From NCBI GenBank assembly GCA_040767195.1, contig JAXGPA010000001.1, forward strand, positions 288,001 to 352,000: a stretch of DNA of 64,000 bases, in the 5' to 3' direction. The translations under genes were made by a program, and so were the position numbers. The stretch is from Syntrophales bacterium. Lineage in GTDB: Bacteria > Desulfobacterota > Syntrophia > Syntrophales > UBA6807. The notes under the pieces are model-generated. The model saw nothing but the letters and a program-made list of their open reading frames with translations. It ran no database searches and was not told where the DNA came from. This document shows, piece by piece, positions 57,607 through 64,000 of the stretch. Position 1 is the stretch's first letter, and the number at the start of each line of letters is the position of its first letter.

Positions 57607-58683
57607 ATGAAACCAGTTGGCACCCACATCGTCGCCGAATTCCACCAGTGCCGAAAAGAGGTTTTGAACGACCGCCAGGCCCTTGAATCGATCCTGACCC
57701 GCGGGATCCAGGAATGCGGGCTCACTTTTGTTAATATCACGAGCCACTGCTACGACCCCGTCGGCATCACCGTCATCGCCGTGATCAGCGAATCCCACGT
57801 GGCCGTTCACACCTATCCGGAAGCGCGGCATGCCTCCATCGATGTCTTCACCTGTTCGCCCCACAAGGCCATCACGGCAAACCTCCTGGAATACCTGAAA
57901 GAGGCCATGGGCCCCGTGACGACCCGGGTGGCCGAAATCAGCCGGGGAAACCCGCTGGAGATCGCCCAGACGGACTGGATCCTGAACATCGCCGACGCCA
58001 TGGGCTACGATGTCCGGTACCATGTTCGGGAAGTCATCTACTCGAAATTGAGTCCTTATCAGCAGATCGACATCATCGACAACGAGAATTTCGGCCGCAT
58101 GCTTTTCCTGAACCAGGACCTCCAGATCGCCGAGGGCGACGCCCACCTTTACAACGAGAGCCTCGTCGCCCCCCTGGCGGATGGCTCATCCCGCCTGGGA
58201 CACGTGGCCGTCCTGGGAGGGGGGGACGGCGGCACCCTCAGGGAACTGCTGAAATACGGGCCGGAAAAGGTAACCCTGGTGGACATCGACGCGGAAGTTG
58301 TCCAGGCCTCGAAAACCCACCTTCCCATGATCTGCGGGACGGCCTTCGATGATCCCCGGGTCACGGTGGTCCACGAGGATGTCTACCGCTACCTGGACGG
58401 GGAGACGAGGTACGATGCCATCGTGTACGATCTCACCATGAATCCCGAAGCCTTCATCGCCATGGACCGGGAAGACTACCTGGAAGCCTTGTTCCTCAAG
58501 ATCAAGAAGGCCCTCGTCCCCGGAGGCCCGATCACCCTTCAGTGCTGTTCCGCTTACGACGAAAAAACGCTCCGCTTCACCCGGGACATCCTTGGCCGCT
58601 GTTTCAAGAACGCCGAACTGACGAAAAAAACGATTCCCTCCTTCCTGAGCCCCTGGATGTTTGCCAGGGCCCACAACACCTGA
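57607..58683 (+). CDS. S-adenosylmethionine decarboxylase (SpeD) - aminopropyltransferase (SpeE-like) fusion
   Basis: ISESHVAVHTYPE cleavage motif and DVFTC; then SPYQ.I, FGRML.L, LGGGDGG, VDID, YDAIVYD. Confidence 0.9.
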   Translation: MKPVGTHIVAEFHQCRKEVLNDRQALESILTRGIQECGLTFVNITSHCYDPVGITVIAVISESHVAVHTYPEARHASIDVFTCSPHKAITANLLEYLKEAMGPVTTRVAEISRGNPLEIAQTDWILNIADAMGYDVRYHVREVIYSKLSPYQQIDIIDNENFGRMLFLNQDLQIAEGDAHLYNESLVAPLADGSSRLGHVAVLGGGDGGTLRELLKYGPEKVTLVDIDAEVVQASKTHLPMICGTAFDDPRVTVVHEDVYRYLDGETRYDAIVYDLTMNPEAFIAMDREDYLEALFLKIKKALVPGGPITLQCCSAYDEKTLRFTRDILGRCFKNAELTKKTIPSFLSPWMFARAHNT

Positions 58684-58732
58684 CTGACGTTTCGTGTCCT
58701 CATCCCGGTGGATGGGGCAGGCATACCTCGCG

Positions 58733-58774
58733 AAAAGGCCCGGATGGCGGCGTAACCGCCCCTCCGGGCCTTTT
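58733..58774. terminator. Bidirectional intrinsic terminator
   Basis: AAAAGGCCCGGA...TCCGGGCCTTTTT between convergent genes. Confidence 0.75.
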
Positions 58775-58840
58775 TCTTCAAAGTCAAAGAAAAGAATATT
58801 TTTCTTGTCCGAATTCCCTTAATAACCGTCTTTTTTCCCG

Positions 58841-59440
58841 TCAGCAGGTCGCTTCCCCGGGGTCCTTGTAGGTGATCTCAATGGGACCGAGCTCGACAAG
58901 CTTGTTGTGCTCCACCTGCCCGTAAAACGCGATGACATCCCGGACCGGACCGGTGATCTCCCCTTTCGCCCGAATCTCGTAATGGTGAAGCGGCGCGTAA
59001 GCCTCCACCCCTTTAGCCTCGGGGTTCAGTTTTTCCTTCGGTTCGTAGCCCGGCTCCATCGTGAGCCCCTGGGGGAGATTTCCGAAGGTTTCCTTCAGTT
59101 CTTTCCCGAAGGACTCGGCAAAGGCCTTGTACTCGAAGGTGAACGAGGCATCGGCGATTCCCCGGACATTCTTGATCTTGATGGATATTTCATCCTTCCG
59201 CTTTAAAAGGGCTTCCTCCAGAAGATCGTGCAGGGCACAGCTGAGGATGACCCGGGCCGTCTTCCCCTTTACCCCGAGAAGGCGGAGAATCTGGCCGAAC
59301 TTCTCCTCGTTCCCCACGTGGTGTTCCTCTCCGAAGATGGCCTCGCCTTCGATCTGGCGCCCCTCGATAAACCCCACAACGAACCCCTTGATGAGATCGA
59401 AGGACCCCTCCACGTACACTTCATAGTATGAACCGAGCAT
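58841..59440 (-). CDS. Hypothetical protein
   Basis: Clean ORF with AAGGA RBS downstream of the antiporter; no recognised family. Confidence 0.75.
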   Translation of the reverse strand: MLGSYYEVYVEGSFDLIKGFVVGFIEGRQIEGEAIFGEEHHVGNEEKFGQILRLLGVKGKTARVILSCALHDLLEEALLKRKDEISIKIKNVRGIADASFTFEYKAFAESFGKELKETFGNLPQGLTMEPGYEPKEKLNPEAKGVEAYAPLHHYEIRAKGEITGPVRDVIAFYGQVEHNKLVELGPIEITYKDPGEATC

Positions 59441-59467
59441 ATCCTTTTCCTTTCTTTTCCTTTCGTT

Positions 59468-60982
59468 TTAGAAGAACACGAAGGTGACCAGGATGAAGCA
59501 GGGAATCAGCATGGGAAGAGAGTATTTCAACATGTACCCGAAGAAACTCGGCATGTTCACCCCCGCTTCCTCCGCGATCGATTTTACCATGAAGTTGGGG
59601 GCGTTGCCAATATACGTGTTGGCCCCCATGAAAACGGCCCCCGCCGAGATGGCCTTGAGGTAAGCGATGAACTGGACGTTCGCCGTCGCCGTCCCCGCCG
59701 CCAGCGCCCCGGGCACCATGGCTTCGGTGAGGCCGAGTTTTCCAAGAGCGAGGTTGTAAAAAGTCAGGTAGGTGGGCGCGTTGTCCAGGAAGGACGAGAG
59801 AGTCCCGGCGACCCAGTAGTAGTGGGCCGGGTTTCTGACCACCTCGATGAGCGCCCCCATGGCGCCGTGGGAACCGGCTTTCAGGATGGCCAGGCAGGGG
59901 ATGATGGTCATGAAGATCCCGAAGAAGAGCTTCGCCACTTCCAGGATGGGGAACCAGCTGAACTCGTTGGCCTCCCGAAGCTCCGCTTTCGTCGTCACCA
60001 GGGAGAGGAGGCCCAGGACGACAATCATCACGTCCCTCAGGAGGTTCTGGAATTCCATGTGAACGCCAAGAACATCGAAACTGCCTGGTTTCCAGTAGCC
60101 GCTCATGAGAACCATGCTCACCACGCCACCCAGGAGAAGAAAATTGAGGAGACCGTCGACGCCGAGGGGTTCCTTCTCCAGCGGACCGATTTTCTTGAGC
60201 CGGTCATGTTCCTTTCGGTAGTAATAGGTGTCGAGGCCGAAAAAGAGGGCAAGGAGAATCACGGTCGTGAGAAGCATGTGGGGAAGGATGGCCGTGGTCA
60301 CCCAGAAGAAGGGAACGTTGTGAAGAAAGCCGAGAAACAGGGGCGGGTCGCCCAGCGGCGTCAGGGAGCCCCCGATGTTGGCGACGAGAAAAATGAAAAA
60401 GCAGATCACGTGGACCTTGTTTTCCCGGTTCTTGTTTGCCCGGAGAACAGGCCGGATCATGACCATGGCCGCCCCGGTGGTACCCACCCACGAGGCCATC
60501 ATCGTGCCGATGAGGAGCATGATCGTGTTCACCAGGGGCGTTCCCTTGATGGAACCCCGGACGACGATGCCGCCGGCAATGGTGAAAAGCCCCCACAGGA
60601 GGATAATGAAGGGGATGTAATCGATCAGGTAAATGTGAAGAATGTGATACACGGCCACGTCCCGATAAAAAAGCCAGAAAGGCACGGCGAAGAGGATCGC
60701 CCAGAAAAGGGAGACCTTCCCGAAGTGGTGGTGCCAGAAGTGGGGGACCAGCAGGGGGCAAAGGGCGATGGAAAGGAGAATCCCCACAAAGGGGATGACC
60801 GTCCACACGGGCAGTTCCGTCCCGATGTCATGACCGTGGTGAGCCGCCGCGTCTACCGCCCCGTGGACGGCTTCCGCGGTGCTGGCGAGAGCCGTGGCAG
60901 GGTCAAGCCACTGAAGGACCGAGAGGACGATCAGGGCGATCAGAAAACCGACATACATTCGTGTCTCATTTAAGGGACCCAT
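59468..60982 (-). CDS. Sodium:proton antiporter (IT superfamily, NhaD-related)
   Basis: Many TMs; GTTGAAM, NIGG.LTPLGDPPLFLG, SSFLDNAPTY, TYIGNAPNFMV. Confidence 0.85.
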   Translation of the reverse strand: MGPLNETRMYVGFLIALIVLSVLQWLDPATALASTAEAVHGAVDAAAHHGHDIGTELPVWTVIPFVGILLSIALCPLLVPHFWHHHFGKVSLFWAILFAVPFWLFYRDVAVYHILHIYLIDYIPFIILLWGLFTIAGGIVVRGSIKGTPLVNTIMLLIGTMMASWVGTTGAAMVMIRPVLRANKNRENKVHVICFFIFLVANIGGSLTPLGDPPLFLGFLHNVPFFWVTTAILPHMLLTTVILLALFFGLDTYYYRKEHDRLKKIGPLEKEPLGVDGLLNFLLLGGVVSMVLMSGYWKPGSFDVLGVHMEFQNLLRDVMIVVLGLLSLVTTKAELREANEFSWFPILEVAKLFFGIFMTIIPCLAILKAGSHGAMGALIEVVRNPAHYYWVAGTLSSFLDNAPTYLTFYNLALGKLGLTEAMVPGALAAGTATANVQFIAYLKAISAGAVFMGANTYIGNAPNFMVKSIAEEAGVNMPSFFGYMLKYSLPMLIPCFILVTFVFF

Positions 60983-61005
60983 GGGTACACTCCTCACATC
61001 TATCT

Positions 61006-61044
61006 AAAAAAACAAGCCAAGAAAGAGGCACCTTCTTGGCTTGT
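61006..61044 (-). terminator. Intrinsic terminator of the atp operon
   Basis: ACAAGCCAAGAA / TTCTTGGCTTGT stem with a T run on the minus strand. Confidence 0.75.
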
Positions 61045-61110
61045 CCTGTTCGTCATGGCTCAAAGCGGGAAGCGTCGGGGCAAAAGGAATGACGGATTCG
61101 CCGGCTCGTA

Positions 61111-61518
61111 TCAGGCCTTCTCCGCCGCTTTCAGTCGGGCCTCCGCCCAGTCCAACGCGTCTTTCACTTTTTCGTACCCCTCGTCTTCCCGGGAAAGCTT
61201 CGCCAGTTCCTGCTCCGCTTCTTCCCGGCTCTTCCTGGCCTTTTCCTTGTTCACCAGGTCGGCTCGTTCCGCATTGGACAGCAACATGGTCACTTTCCGG
61301 AAGGTCACCTCAACATAGCCCTTGCCGACAGCGTAATATGTTTTTTTACCCTGCTTGTTGAAGTTCATTTCACCGGCATTCACGGTGCTGAGGAGTGGAG
61401 CATGCCCGATCAGTACGCCAAATTCACCGTCACCACCTGGAATCGTCACCATCTCCACCGTGTCGCTGAAGACGAGACGGTCCGGTGTGGCGATTTCCAG
61501 CATCAATTCTTCAGCCAT
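61111..61518 (-). CDS. atpC: F1 ATP synthase epsilon subunit
   Basis: LEIATPDR, PG.DGEFGVL.GHAP; follows atpD. Confidence 0.95.
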   Translation of the reverse strand: MAEELMLEIATPDRLVFSDTVEMVTIPGGDGEFGVLIGHAPLLSTVNAGEMNFNKQGKKTYYAVGKGYVEVTFRKVTMLLSNAERADLVNKEKARKSREEAEQELAKLSREDEGYEKVKDALDWAEARLKAAEKA

Positions 61519-61538
61519 TGAACCTTCCTCCGCTTGCC

Positions 61539-63892
<2,354 letters not shown>

Positions 63893-63922
63893 TCAACCTT
63901 CTCCCTGCTCAATTTACCGAAA

Positions 63923-64000
63923 CTACGCAGCCGCGAAAACCGAATCGAATTCCTTCAGGACTTCCCGGAGTTTCTTGTCGAGATCGGCGGTGATCTCCTG
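63923..64000 (-). CDS. atpA: F1 ATP synthase alpha subunit, C-terminal fragment (5' partial)
   Basis: QEITADLDKKLREVLKEFDSVFAAA* directly upstream of atpG. Confidence 0.85.
   Translation of the reverse strand, partial: QEITADLDKKLREVLKEFDSVFAAA

Overview
A GC-rich bacterial chromosomal segment whose gene content suggests an anaerobic Desulfobacterota (deltaproteobacterial, Syntrophales-like) organism; this assignment is inferred from gene content only. In order it holds: the 3' part of a large GH16-like repeat protein; a lipoprotein hydrolase; a sigma54-type Orange-protein (orp)-like Fe-S cluster; fmt; a haloalkane dehalogenase; wtpABC tungstate uptake; class I and class III CoA-transferase pairs with an acyl-CoA dehydrogenase; an AT-rich signalling island (IHF, tandem-PilZ protein, intact IS256, YLATT chimera, V4R-GAF-PAS-HD-GYP receptor, methyltransferase); pyrK/pyrD; rimI; a mannose-family PTS IIA/IIB/IIC; a tungsten AOR with MoaD and MoeB; MarR; tRNA-Lys(UUU); an AdoMetDC-aminopropyltransferase fusion; a Na+/H+ antiporter; and atpA(partial)-atpG-atpD-atpC. 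Four candidates for novelty stand out. (1) A putative c-di-GMP-coupled small-molecule synthase/receptor module at 33.1-42.3 kb. (2) A 166-bp structured non-autonomous mobile element present twice, with a shared TTCA-N4 target signature; one copy supplies the pyrK stop codon. (3) An unannotated sigma54-driven three-hairpin sRNA with repeated anti-Shine-Dalgarno motifs at 48.2 kb. (4) An AdoMetDC fusion resembling animal spermine synthase, preceded by a structured RBS-sequestering leader. All family calls come from motif recognition, not database searches.
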